Source of the DNA: a virus
Taxonomy: Duplodnaviria; Caudoviricetes
Length of the DNA stretch: 64,000 nt
IMG/VR virus record: IMGVR_UViG_3300028805_000041
Span: 128,001 to 192,000 of that record
Strand: one strand, 5' to 3'
Shown: positions 49,702-59,944 of the stretch, one piece after another
Layout of the letters: the number at the start of each line of letters is the position of its first letter
How positions within the stretch are numbered: position 1 is the first letter of the stretch
The notes under the pieces: generated by a model
Told to the model about the DNA's origin: nothing
The model's input: the letters and a program-made list of their open reading frames with translations, nothing else
Databases searched by the model: none
Translations under genes and position numbers: made by a program

Positions 49702-52700
49702 ATGGCAAATTCAGGCGGATATATAGTAAGAAGAAGCAACTACACATTACTCCAGCACCATAAGTCTCTTTCATCGGGAACGATTTATGTAAGGGACTAC
49801 ATGACCACAAACGGAACAAATTGGGCTGCATCAGACACGCTTCCATATGGTGAATCGAATTTCAGGATAATCAGGACAAGACAAACACCGACAAGCCGTG
49901 AACACGGAAAGAACAATTGGGTATTGTGGTGTGATGGAAGCGAGGAGTCACCTGACGTTGAGTGTGATGTTTGGACTTATAATACAATTTCGGATGATAA
50001 GAGCACAGAGAGTGAAATAAAGATAAAGCCCGATTATTCGACATTACGTGACTTTGTATATTATGGAAGTTGTGTTGAGACAATAAAAAACGCAATTAAA
50101 CATATTATTACAACGTTCCCTGGTGAACTGTATGTAACTGACATTAAATATGGAAGTTTTAGAGACCTTGACAATATACACGACCCAAGTGGTGACACAA
50201 AAAACGAAGAGGAATTTGTAGTCGTTTCAAATCCGTTTAACATAAACATATCAAGTTTAAGGGTTCCATCACACATACCGAATCTTAACAGGATGAGATT
50301 TTTCTGTAATTATTTCGGAGATGTAAGTGCATATACCCATGAGATGTACAATCTTATAACATTTGTTGACAGGGGTGATGTGATAGAAGAGGTTATCGAA
50401 AATTTGGATTGGAATGTTGAAAGATTCTCCCCTAAATGCGGTAACGGACAATATATGGACGGACAACTTGTGGCAAAGGTAACAATAAAAACCGAGCCAA
50501 AGGCTTCCAGTGGCGACACAGAAGATGACAAATCGGGTGATTTTGTGATATATCAATTCTATAAGGACAGGGAATTCATACTCTTAACAGAACCGGTCAA
50601 TAAAAACAAGAGGATCAGACCGAATGAAGAATACATCACAGATTTCTTTAATAACCTGATTGGTGTAGAACAACTATTGCTCAATCCAAACAGTAATCCA
50701 AAATATACAACAAGGATAGAATATCCGTTTGAAAGTGAGTATGGCATCCTGACAAGACACGATGACATAACATGGCATACGGATAATGGCGGTTGGAATA
50801 TCATAGTCGATGCCAATATGGATTTATTCAGAAATTTTGTCAACAAACTGTTGGGTGTCGCGGAAGCGTATGATGAATACTACACAAACAATTTGTGGAA
50901 GAATATGGTTCATCCTTCAATTAAGAATATGGACCTTACATATGTTAACGAGAAGACACAGGAAGACAGTACAGACTTCAATATTGGTCTGACAAAGATG
51001 GAAAAACTGATGTATTCCTATGGCATTTTCTTTGACATTATTAAAAGACACATTGATAATATCAAGACCGTAAACAAGATTTCATATAACGGATATAACA
51101 ACAATCCGGACTATTTCCTGTCAGATATGGTTGATATGTCAGGATGGGAGGTATATAGCGCGGTGAACGGGCTTAACAGAAATGCCGTGACCGATGAAGA
51201 TATTTTTCCCGGACTTATTCAGCAGTTTACAACAAATGACGCAAATGTACACTTCCTCAGAAACCTTAAGATAAATTCAAAGAATATATTGTTGAACAAG
51301 GGAACAAGGGAAGGACTTGAAGAAATATTCGCACTATTTGGTTTAACCTCTTATGACTTTGCGGAAAGTCTTGCAAAAGTAAATGGGTTACCAACAGACA
51401 CAGGCTTAACCTATGACTATAAGATAGATGAGTTTATTTGTGTGGCAAAACCGAGAACTGGGTGTACCGGCATATACAGTGGCACAAGTGAACTTGATTG
51501 GACATTCGATGTTGATGATGATGCAAATGTAGAAGTGTTCAATACTTTTAAGAACACATACAATCCTGAGGGTGGAAAACTCGAAGGTTTGCCATTGGCA
51601 ACCGTTTATTGCACAAAAACAAATGACAGTGGTGACACATATACAATAAAATACTTCGTGCCTTGGTTCAATAACGGAACAAAATATGACGGTGATTTGT
51701 ATTATCAGATGAATGGCGGTTGGGGTAGTACAGACAAGATTATTCTCAATTCGAATACGCCAAGTCACAAATTGACTGCAATAACAGCAGATGACGAATA
51801 TAAACTGTATGATGAAACAGTAAGAAACCTTATTGTTGTTAGCAATGTGCACGACCTGACACTGATACCGCTTGCATTCTTGAGAGACGGTATGATAGTG
51901 AAATACGAACCAAACGATTACAGTTTGGATTTAGACCGTGTTGCAAGAGATATTGAATATGAGTTTGGTGTTACAGGAATAACAGATGAATGTTCGAATT
52001 ATTTCATATTGAGAAACAAAGACTATTCCAACTATTACTCAGACTATGGAATTGAAACAGATGAAGTTGACGATGGGGTTGACAGACGCGGGTGGGAAAA
52101 TATACCACAATCTGAGTTGGAAATGGAAGGAAGCGGAATGACGACAGATGCCAAGAAAGTCCTTTATGTGGAGAATATAATAGAGGACAAGAAGGCAAAC
52201 AACCCACATGATGGTTATTGGAAATACGATAGCGGTAAGGAATACATAGAGTATTTCGATAAAATCTTCAAATACTCCATAGAGAACAATAATTTCAATA
52301 GTAATGCATATTATTGTAACTCAGACCGTACAGCCGAATACGAAGATGAAAATCCGTGTAACCAATGCAATAATCTGTTGGACGAGATATCGTGTATAGG
52401 ATTTGACAACCTTATTGACAAGAATGGAAATGTCAACTATCTGTTGGATAATATGAAGTGTTGGTTTTTCTCGGACGGAACAAAAAATATTGATGCCGAA
52501 ACAGAAGGTGTTCCTGTTTACACTAAGTATAATGATGAAATGGAAACCATTAGTGGTATAACCGAAATACACAGAACGGTTGAATGTGCTGCCAGTGGAA
52601 ATACGGACCTCATCAATCACGTTGGCGAAATACCAATTGATGAAATGTACGATGATGTTGATTGCGCGATGCCATATAATGCTACGGGATATACTGAAAC

Positions 52701-52953
52701 AACCCGTCTTGATTCCGAATTCACACCATTTGACTTCGAGAGTGATGATAACGAGGGAAGAAATAACGAATCCGCCGCAAATTCAATCATCAATACAAAG
52801 GGTGTAAGAATTACATTCAATCTATGCGGTGATGAGGAAACCATCGAAGAAAGAGTGCATTTGTATCAGAGTATACTGAAATATGCAAAACAAGTAATAC
52901 CATCAGGTGCAATACTTGAAACAGTTTTTAACATAAAAAAAATAAAAAAATGA
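49702..52953 (+). CDS. baseplate wedge-like protein (tail protein I / gp7-like segment)
   Basis: 1083 aa; FFDIIKRHID...LSDMVDMSGW...ILLNKGTREGLEEIFALFG motif. Confidence 0.55.
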   Translation: MANSGGYIVRRSNYTLLQHHKSLSSGTIYVRDYMTTNGTNWAASDTLPYGESNFRIIRTRQTPTSREHGKNNWVLWCDGSEESPDVECDVWTYNTISDDKSTESEIKIKPDYSTLRDFVYYGSCVETIKNAIKHIITTFPGELYVTDIKYGSFRDLDNIHDPSGDTKNEEEFVVVSNPFNINISSLRVPSHIPNLNRMRFFCNYFGDVSAYTHEMYNLITFVDRGDVIEEVIENLDWNVERFSPKCGNGQYMDGQLVAKVTIKTEPKASSGDTEDDKSGDFVIYQFYKDREFILLTEPVNKNKRIRPNEEYITDFFNNLIGVEQLLLNPNSNPKYTTRIEYPFESEYGILTRHDDITWHTDNGGWNIIVDANMDLFRNFVNKLLGVAEAYDEYYTNNLWKNMVHPSIKNMDLTYVNEKTQEDSTDFNIGLTKMEKLMYSYGIFFDIIKRHIDNIKTVNKISYNGYNNNPDYFLSDMVDMSGWEVYSAVNGLNRNAVTDEDIFPGLIQQFTTNDANVHFLRNLKINSKNILLNKGTREGLEEIFALFGLTSYDFAESLAKVNGLPTDTGLTYDYKIDEFICVAKPRTGCTGIYSGTSELDWTFDVDDDANVEVFNTFKNTYNPEGGKLEGLPLATVYCTKTNDSGDTYTIKYFVPWFNNGTKYDGDLYYQMNGGWGSTDKIILNSNTPSHKLTAITADDEYKLYDETVRNLIVVSNVHDLTLIPLAFLRDGMIVKYEPNDYSLDLDRVARDIEYEFGVTGITDECSNYFILRNKDYSNYYSDYGIETDEVDDGVDRRGWENIPQSELEMEGSGMTTDAKKVLYVENIIEDKKANNPHDGYWKYDSGKEYIEYFDKIFKYSIENNNFNSNAYYCNSDRTAEYEDENPCNQCNNLLDEISCIGFDNLIDKNGNVNYLLDNMKCWFFSDGTKNIDAETEGVPVYTKYNDEMETISGITEIHRTVECAASGNTDLINHVGEIPIDEMYDDVDCAMPYNATGYTETTRLDSEFTPFDFESDDNEGRNNESAANSIINTKGVRITFNLCGDEETIEERVHLYQSILKYAKQVIPSGAILETVFNIKKIKK

Positions 52954-52960
52954 GCGAATC

Positions 52961-53788
52961 TTATAAGTTTAAGATTCGCTCCTCGTCTTTATCAATATCC
53001 TCTATATCATTTATGGAGAAGGTATAATAACCGTAATTGTCATTCGGTATATCGTGTACCTCATATGTTCTATTTTCAACATCCCACACAACAAAACCGT
53101 GACCGCTTATGTTTTCTCCGTGATCCTGTTGTATAAGACTGCCACAATACACCAAAGGTACGCCATCTGCCTTTATCTCCTGTCTTTTGTGTATGTGTCC
53201 TAAGATACCGAAATCCAAATCATCAAAATAGGAAGCCTCGATTCCGTTCTCCGACTGATAACCCGCATCTGTCTTTGCGCTCTTGATATCTCCGTGAAAA
53301 AGTCCGACAAATGTACTGTTTGGATGACTGATTCTGTATTCCTTTATGTTTGGCTTTGCAAATTTGTCAAATGTTGAATAGAGACACCACATTATGTTTT
53401 CATCTTCAAGACAATCGGATTCACGGTTCATTTCTTTGTCCAAATAAAACACACGGTTAAACTTAACCATCGAAAAAATTGCACTCAACGGATCAATCCT
53501 AGTCAGATTTCCCATATTCATATCATGATTTCCTGCGATAACAATAGTACTTGCAATTTCATCCAATTGTTTTAAAAACCATGATGCAAGTATATAACCC
53601 TCGCTACTAATGTCAAGTTTATTATGAAGAAGGTCTCCCGCTATAACAATTCTTGTGTTCTCGGCACCGTTTTCTTCCGTTATTCTTTTACACTCTTCTA
53701 TAAATTTTGTCAGGCATTCCAAATATTCATTCTGTCTTTTAAAATTCCTAATGTGAATGTCTGCACATGCAATAATTTTTGTAATCAT
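52961..53788 (-). CDS. metallophosphoesterase nuclease (Mre11/SbcD/T4 gp47-like)
   Basis: ADIH, AGDLLH, AGNHD, FHG, LGHIH and YCGSLIQQ motifs. Confidence 0.85.
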   Translation of the reverse strand: MITKIIACADIHIRNFKRQNEYLECLTKFIEECKRITEENGAENTRIVIAGDLLHNKLDISSEGYILASWFLKQLDEIASTIVIAGNHDMNMGNLTRIDPLSAIFSMVKFNRVFYLDKEMNRESDCLEDENIMWCLYSTFDKFAKPNIKEYRISHPNSTFVGLFHGDIKSAKTDAGYQSENGIEASYFDDLDFGILGHIHKRQEIKADGVPLVYCGSLIQQDHGENISGHGFVVWDVENRTYEVHDIPNDNYGYYTFSINDIEDIDKDEERILNL

Positions 53789-54786
53789 TAAAAAACTAAT
53801 TCGTATTCTTTAAATTGTAATTTATTTTTAATGGTGTTTATGACACCTTTTTTCCCTTCGTTCTCATAAACCTCTCCGATATCCTTGTATTTTTCCATTC
53901 TGACATACCATATCTTATTCTTCAATCTCCCGAAATTCAAAAGACCGTATATTCTCTTAGTCTCTGTTATATCCGTATCGGAATCCAATACGATTATTAT
54001 GTTTCCATTTGCCCTCTTGGTCAGACTCCCAAACAATGCAGTGTCCTTAGTCAGTTTCTTTCCTAACATCGATATGGCATTCACAGGATAAAGACAGTCA
54101 ATTGCCCCTTCGCACAATATGATGTCAAAATCCCAATTTATATGCGATTCCTGAAAGATTATCTTCTTTTTATCTGAATCGCAGTTCTTGTATTTTATTT
54201 TCTGCGTACCTGTGAAATCTCTCCCAACCCAATAGTTCAAATCACCATATTCATCATACGATGGTATTATAATACGGTTTCTCATCATCCTCTCATATTC
54301 GTTCCAAGATGTGTAACCGATGTTGAATTTGTCAATTATGTTCTGATCAATTTTTCTCTTTTCAAGATATTTCCTTAAAGTGTCAGGACAATTTGAAAGG
54401 TCTATTTTTGAAAATGTTCTCGGTAATGTTATGAATGTTTCATTCTCCTCTTCCTTTTTGGCGGAAAAAAGATTGATGTCATACATCTTGCTCTTAATAA
54501 GAAATGTTATTTCATCCTTATATCTCTTATATAAGAGCGGGGTACCGTATTTCTTTACAAGATATCTTATGTTTCCCTTTGTTCCGTCAGTATCGCCGCA
54601 TTTCCAACAATTGTACTTTCCAAGTTTTAAATTAACCTCCAAATTATATTTGTTATCGGGTTTTCCACCATTTTCCTCAGCACAACACGGACAATTGAAT
54701 TGATATTGATCAGTGTCCTTATTGTAATCACCCTGCCTGCTTGCGCCCAATATTTCCTCTAAAATCCGATAAATTTTCTCAAACAT
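53788..54786 (-). CDS. DNA primase (Zn finger plus TOPRIM)
   Basis: CPCC...CWKC Zn finger, YLEKRKI, RIIIP, GRDF, KYKN, LCEGAID, VLDSD, KDIGE; true start probably ATG 54786 because the longer track start overlaps the promoter. Confidence 0.85.
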   Translation of the reverse strand: MFEKIYRILEEILGASRQGDYNKDTDQYQFNCPCCAEENGGKPDNKYNLEVNLKLGKYNCWKCGDTDGTKGNIRYLVKKYGTPLLYKRYKDEITFLIKSKMYDINLFSAKKEEENETFITLPRTFSKIDLSNCPDTLRKYLEKRKIDQNIIDKFNIGYTSWNEYERMMRNRIIIPSYDEYGDLNYWVGRDFTGTQKIKYKNCDSDKKKIIFQESHINWDFDIILCEGAIDCLYPVNAISMLGKKLTKDTALFGSLTKRANGNIIIVLDSDTDITETKRIYGLLNFGRLKNKIWYVRMEKYKDIGEVYENEGKKGVINTIKNKLQFKEYELVF

Positions 54787-54801
54787 AAAATTAACTTTTG
54801 A

Positions 54802-54813
54802 ACAAATATACAA
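54802..54813 (-). promoter_or_regulatory. Bacteroidota-type promoter TTGTATATTTGT (primase-nuclease operon)
   Basis: Reverse complement of acaaatatacaa; same 12-mer as the three plus-strand copies. Confidence 0.65.
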
Positions 54814-54849
54814 AAAAAAATGGGCAATTCAAATTGAATCACCCATTTA
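54812..54849 (-). terminator. terminator of the fibre operon
   Basis: aaatggg...cccattt stem with an A run on its left, giving a U tail on the minus strand. Confidence 0.65.
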
Positions 54850-54870
54850 TCTTAGTTTAATAGTAAAAAA

Positions 54871-56553
54871 CTATTCAACATCATCGCCACCGTAGTAGAG
54901 CATACCGTAGAGAGCGCCACTTTCATTCTTTGCAATCTCAATGTGACCTGCATCAACAGTTGAAGCGGTACCCGTTTCGAGGTTAACCTCAACATTGTTG
55001 CCTGTAGCACCTGTGGTTACAGTGATTGTCTGACCGGTTGACTCAATCTTAGAAGCGTTGCTTGCAGCATCAATCTTCTGATAAACATCATCGAATGATT
55101 GAGTGATTGAACTTGTTGCGGGAAGAATTGTGGTAGCACCACTTGTTACAGCCTGACCAAGTTGGATTTCAGTTGCATCGATGGTTATTGCGGTACCTGT
55201 ATTGTTGTTGACACTCTGTACAGCAGTACCGGCAGCGGTAACGGCATCAGTAAGAGCCTGAGTAGCAGAAACGGTTACGGCGTGGTCTGTTGCGCTTGCA
55301 CTAACCAATGTATCACCTGTAGCAGTTACGTCAGGATATGAACCGTAAGTAACACTTATCTTACCATCGGTTTCGGTAACATCGGCAACAAATGAGTTTT
55401 CTGTTGGCTTTGTGTTTGTGGTGCTTCCATCCAAGCCTGCAATTGCTGTAGCAATCTTATTGTCAACAGAACCTGCGGTTGTGCTATCAGCCTTCAAGGT
55501 GTTGACATCACTTTCAATGGCCTGAGTTGTTGCACTAAGTTGACTGACGCCAGTGTTAACACCTTCAATTGCGGCAGCAATCTTTTGGTCAACAGAACCC
55601 GTAGTAGCACTGTTAGCATTCAGAGTTGTGATAGCCTGTGTGTTGGCACTTGTAAGACCACTGAGAGCCACAATGTCTTGAGAAACACCACTTGTGATTG
55701 CTGTGGCAGCAAAACCTTCAGTCGTCAAACCGGAGGCATCCTTAAGAACAACGTTACCGTTGTCGAGCATTACATCTACAATGTCAGTACGCATTAATGT
55801 TTCAATGTCGTCCGCATTTGCTTTGCTCTTGTCATAGAGGTCTTGAAGAGCGGCCTGTACTTTAGTTGTTGCAGCAACTTCGGTATCACCTGTGATGGCT
55901 GTGCCAATCTCGATGTCATTTGCATCAATGGTAACTGTATTACCGGTTTCACCATTTACGCTCTGAACGGCGCTGTTAGCATTTGCGACAGCAGAAGTAA
56001 GGTCCTGAGTAGCAGAAACAGTTACGCTGTGTCCTGTTGCAGTTGCACTAACCAATGTATCACCTGTAGCGGTTACTTGAGACTCAGTTGGGAGAGTACC
56101 ATAAGTTACGGTTACGATACCATCGGTTTCGGTTACGTCAGCAACGTATGCATTTTCTGCTGGCTTTGTGCCTTCGACAGCACCATCCAAACCTGCAATT
56201 GCTGTAGCAATCTTTTGGTCAACAGAACCTGAAACACCACTGTTAGCATTCAGGGTTTCAACATCAACTGCAATACCTGAAGTAGTTGCGCTGAGAGTGG
56301 CAAGGTCTTGAGTGATAGCGGTAGTAGCACCTGAGATAGAGTCAACGAATGCTCTCCAAGTAGCAAAACCTTCAGGAAGACTTCCAAGAAGAGTCTTTAT
56401 CTCTTCGGCTGTACCGTACTTCTTACCGTTAAGTTGGAGATAACCATCAGTCTTACCTGTGTTAGTTCTCACGAAATAGAGCACATCACTGTCAAATGTA
56501 CCAGTGGTGGCGCTTGTTAAAATAATACCTTTTAAAAGATGTTTGTTTTCCAT
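54871..56553 (-). CDS. Thr/Ala-rich fibre-like virion protein with internal duplication
   Basis: 560 aa; GSVDQKIATAIAGLD repeats, VQSVNG motif, C-terminus GGDDVE. Confidence 0.65.
   Translation of the reverse strand: MENKHLLKGIILTSATTGTFDSDVLYFVRTNTGKTDGYLQLNGKKYGTAEEIKTLLGSLPEGFATWRAFVDSISGATTAITQDLATLSATTSGIAVDVETLNANSGVSGSVDQKIATAIAGLDGAVEGTKPAENAYVADVTETDGIVTVTYGTLPTESQVTATGDTLVSATATGHSVTVSATQDLTSAVANANSAVQSVNGETGNTVTIDANDIEIGTAITGDTEVAATTKVQAALQDLYDKSKANADDIETLMRTDIVDVMLDNGNVVLKDASGLTTEGFAATAITSGVSQDIVALSGLTSANTQAITTLNANSATTGSVDQKIAAAIEGVNTGVSQLSATTQAIESDVNTLKADSTTAGSVDNKIATAIAGLDGSTTNTKPTENSFVADVTETDGKISVTYGSYPDVTATGDTLVSASATDHAVTVSATQALTDAVTAAGTAVQSVNNNTGTAITIDATEIQLGQAVTSGATTILPATSSITQSFDDVYQKIDAASNASKIESTGQTITVTTGATGNNVEVNLETGTASTVDAGHIEIAKNESGALYGMLYYGGDDVE
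55145..56296 (-). repeat. approximately 135-aa internal duplication in fibre gene
   Basis: LSATT...GSVD.KIATAIAGLDG...VADVTETDG...TATGDTLVSA...AVQSVN...TIDA occurs twice (about 55890-56296 and 55145-55540). Confidence 0.8.
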
Positions 56554-56580
56554 TCTGTTATAATTAATTAATTATCTTTA

Positions 56581-57180
56581 TTATGCGTTTGTTTCGAAAT
56601 CATCTCCTGCGAGAGATATTGCGGTCTCGGTTGAGGAGACGCGGACATCCAATGCCGCCACGTCGCTCTCAATGTCGCCAGAGGCCGACGATTGTGCGAT
56701 TTTTTGTAGTGAGTTGCCTGTAACAACGTATAATCCCGGATCGTATGTCGTATAGTCTTCGCCTTCGGGTTCTGTTGTTGTGTAAATTGTTTCACCGCTT
56801 TCTTCATATGAATATGTTCTTGTTTTCACATACACCATGCGTCCTGCGTTTTCAGGTGAAGCATATTCAAGGGCGTCGGAGTAGTCGTTTACCACCACAG
56901 TAGAGAGTGGCGAACCGACCTCCTTAAGACCCTTAACTCCATCTTCACCCTCAGTGATGACGTACACAGTAACATTACCGTTTTCGTATACGGTAAGAAC
57001 CTGTCCGACGAATGACGTACCGCCCAAACCCCTACTATCGCTACCATCACCTTTGGCGTAGGCAGTTGCATCAGCCAATGAACTGAACAAGTCTGTTCTG
57101 TCCAAAGGTACTGGTGCCGTTCTTTGGAGAACGTTTGCCCAGTTCAATTTACTTTTAAAAATTTCAATATAACTTGCCAT
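56581..57180 (-). CDS. fibre/decoration-family virion protein
   Basis: 199 aa; PVPLDRT...FVGQVLTV N-domain; C-module shared with 58747..59901; ends AGDDFETNA. Confidence 0.6.
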   Translation of the reverse strand: MASYIEIFKSKLNWANVLQRTAPVPLDRTDLFSSLADATAYAKGDGSDSRGLGGTSFVGQVLTVYENGNVTVYVITEGEDGVKGLKEVGSPLSTVVVNDYSDALEYASPENAGRMVYVKTRTYSYEESGETIYTTTEPEGEDYTTYDPGLYVVTGNSLQKIAQSSASGDIESDVAALDVRVSSTETAISLAGDDFETNA

Positions 57181-57192
57181 TTATTCTTTTAT

Positions 57193-58662
57193 TTATGATA
57201 ACGTTATTGTGTAGGTGTTAGCGTCAAGGTCAGTGGATGGTGTCCAAGACCAAACGTCATACGCTACTGAATCATAGTCGTTGGCCGAAAATACATTTAC
57301 ACTACCCTGTTTCTCGAAGTTACCCGTTATAGCGGCCTCAGATGCATTCCTGTCCGTAACCTTGACCAATGTCTTGTTTGCAGATGATGGGAAAGCAAAT
57401 AGGACTTGTTTCGTACCGTTTGCGGTTACGAGCGAGAGTGAATTGGAACTTGTCCATCCACTGTACTGTAAACCTCTTACTGTTGAACTTGTTATTTGGG
57501 CAACAGGAGAAGAGAGATAGCCGTAGAAGTATTTTCTTGCACCTGTTATTGTTTTTGATGCACTGTTTGTAGCGACAAGTGTCTTTCCGTTTGTCCAATC
57601 AGACGGTGTCGTGATTGTGAGCACATTATCCGTTTCCTTATCGTTCTGATAATAGTTGCCTAAGTTTGTGGCAATGTAGATATTGTCGTTAGACACAGTG
57701 TTGCTTGCAGTGTAAGTTTTACCTGATTGCGATACTGTCACCTTATTAGTGCCCTGCGTTACCGTCAATGCTTCACCATTGAGGTTTTCATTTGTTACCG
57801 TGCGTCCTGTTGCGCCGTTGAAACCTGTGTATGCAACGGTAAGTGAAACGTCCTCATTGCTGACAGTTGGTGTCAATGTTTGAGTATATTTTGTGTTTGA
57901 GTATTTGGTTTCGCCTATCTTGTAGCCGTAATCAAACGTTGATGCTGAAATATACTGAGATGCAGATGATGTCTTCGGTGAAACACTGCTCAAGGTAACA
58001 GTTGAACCGACCTCTTGTGTGGCTGCTGTGTTTGAAAGGGTGATTGTAGGTGCAGCAACAGACACACCGAAGTGATTGTACTGTTGTACACTTGCTGCCC
58101 ATTTCTCGACACAGAGCATACTTACGAGGAAATCCTGAATGGATGTTCCTGAAGGAATCTTACCATTCGAATATGCCTCCATTGCAAGGTCAGCCAAAGG
58201 TCCACCTGCGATTGTTATATCCGATGATGTGACAGTTGCGTCAGTATCAACTCCGTTAACTTCCAACTCATTGTTTGAATTGAGTTTCAGGAAGTTTTTG
58301 TTTGTGTCCACATCATCAACCGCATTTTCAGTTTCATCAGCAACGTTAACCGAAATGGCACCGTCATAAATGGTAATTGCAGAACCCTCTACAAGTTGTG
58401 CATCGGCAATCATTGATGCGATATCCACAGTATTACCTGTTTCGTCAATAATACCGGCGTCTGACAAAATCTGATAGATGTCATTAACAGACTCCATTGA
58501 TTCGTCATATACACCATAGCATCTATTACCGAAATAGATTTTACCATAGGTATCTTGTGCATTCTCACGAACTAACCACAAAAATGCTTTTCTATCCTCA
58601 ACAGAAGCGCTGTCATACGTAGATTGGTATGCTTGCTTTATACCTTTGAAGATTATTTCCAT
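57193..58662 (-). CDS. fibre/decoration-family virion protein with beta-rich C-terminal domain
   Basis: 489 aa; N-domain FKGIKQ...LWLVR...KIYFGNR shared with 58747..59901. Confidence 0.6.
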   Translation of the reverse strand: MEIIFKGIKQAYQSTYDSASVEDRKAFLWLVRENAQDTYGKIYFGNRCYGVYDESMESVNDIYQILSDAGIIDETGNTVDIASMIADAQLVEGSAITIYDGAISVNVADETENAVDDVDTNKNFLKLNSNNELEVNGVDTDATVTSSDITIAGGPLADLAMEAYSNGKIPSGTSIQDFLVSMLCVEKWAASVQQYNHFGVSVAAPTITLSNTAATQEVGSTVTLSSVSPKTSSASQYISASTFDYGYKIGETKYSNTKYTQTLTPTVSNEDVSLTVAYTGFNGATGRTVTNENLNGEALTVTQGTNKVTVSQSGKTYTASNTVSNDNIYIATNLGNYYQNDKETDNVLTITTPSDWTNGKTLVATNSASKTITGARKYFYGYLSSPVAQITSSTVRGLQYSGWTSSNSLSLVTANGTKQVLFAFPSSANKTLVKVTDRNASEAAITGNFEKQGSVNVFSANDYDSVAYDVWSWTPSTDLDANTYTITLS

Positions 58663-58700
58663 TTATATTGTGTTTGTTTCTTTTTTTGTTAGCTTATTTA

Positions 58701-58728
58701 GTTGGGGTAGGAATGTTCCCACCCCAAC
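58701..58728. other. GC-rich intergenic hairpin without U tail
   Basis: gttggggt-a-ggaa-tg-ttcc-c-accccaac. Confidence 0.6.
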
Positions 58729-58746
58729 ATGTGTGTTTGTGTTAAA

Positions 58747-59901
58747 TTACACCTCAACGTCGTCGCCTGTAATGGTGCTGTGCTTGTCAGCCTCCAAAAC
58801 AGTAACTCTCTGTTCGAGGTTAGCAACGGCTTGATCGATGTCGCCGCTTGCGGAAGTTGTACCAAGTTTTTGGACTGTGCCTTCACCTGTTACAACATAT
58901 GCACCCTCCGTATAACCTGTGTCACCATATTGGTTGGTGATATAGATTATCTGACCAAGATTGTCCTCTGAAGCGAGTTCCTCTGCTTCTGAGAGAGTTG
59001 CTGCGGTTGTTGTTGCCTTTTCTTCCAAGTCATTAACTGCACTGCTGATTTCGTTAATGTCTGAAGAAATGCCTGAAAGAGCCTCATTTACGTTTTCAAC
59101 TACTTCGTCAATGGCGTCTTCAACGTCTTGCTTTGTAGCATAGTTTGAGAGGTCAAGATTGAAACCGAGTTCAACCCATTCTGTTCCATTCCAAGCATAT
59201 TCCTTTTCTCCAACCTGATAAACGTCACCATTTTCTGCGTCGTTTGGAAGTTCTTCAATTGATTCAACTTCACCCTTGAAGTGCCATACACCCGCAATCT
59301 TACCATCAATTTCGTCCTTTGTGTAGACATTTTCGAGGTCGGCTGTAAGTCCTGAAATTACTTCGTTGATATCAGCAACATCAGACTTCAGGTCAGCAAC
59401 TTCGTCTTGGAGGTTTGAAACATCACCTTGAAGGTCAATGACGTCTTCCTTGATGTCAGCAACATCACCCTGTACTGCTTCAATGTCAGCAACAGCGGCT
59501 TGGAAATCAGCAACGTCCACCGTCTCAGTGAGAGCGGACTGTGCTTCTACGATTGCGCTTTCGAGGTTCTTGAGAATGTCGAGAACATCATCGGCGTTTT
59601 GAGAGAGAATTGGATGGTCTGCTGCGGTGTCTTCTCCGCCAAATGGGAAACCGACGAATTCGCCGTTTTCGTCTAAAAGACCACCAAATGCGGTTTTAAG
59701 GTTGTCAGCAAGAGTTGCAGCAGAACCGTCGTTTGTCTCAGCATAGAGACGATTACCAAAGTAAATCTTTGAACTTACAACGTCGCTACCGTCTAAATCT
59801 CTAACAACCCACAAATAGCCTTTCTTTTCTTCGGCTGTGTAGTCATTCAGATAACTGTTAAGAGTCACCTGTTTAATACCTAAAAATTTAGCATCTGCCA
59901 T
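58747..59901 (-). CDS. coiled-coil fibre protein
   Basis: 384 aa; heptads DVADIKE-DVIDLQG-DVSNLQD-EVADLKS; FKGEV...GDVYQV...YAWNGTEWVELG module; ends TGDDVEV. Confidence 0.7.
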   Translation of the reverse strand: MADAKFLGIKQVTLNSYLNDYTAEEKKGYLWVVRDLDGSDVVSSKIYFGNRLYAETNDGSAATLADNLKTAFGGLLDENGEFVGFPFGGEDTAADHPILSQNADDVLDILKNLESAIVEAQSALTETVDVADFQAAVADIEAVQGDVADIKEDVIDLQGDVSNLQDEVADLKSDVADINEVISGLTADLENVYTKDEIDGKIAGVWHFKGEVESIEELPNDAENGDVYQVGEKEYAWNGTEWVELGFNLDLSNYATKQDVEDAIDEVVENVNEALSGISSDINEISSAVNDLEEKATTTAATLSEAEELASEDNLGQIIYITNQYGDTGYTEGAYVVTGEGTVQKLGTTSASGDIDQAVANLEQRVTVLEADKHSTITGDDVEV

Positions 59902-59944
59902 AGTTTTTATAAACGTTTATATTTTAATTATTTATTATTATTTG

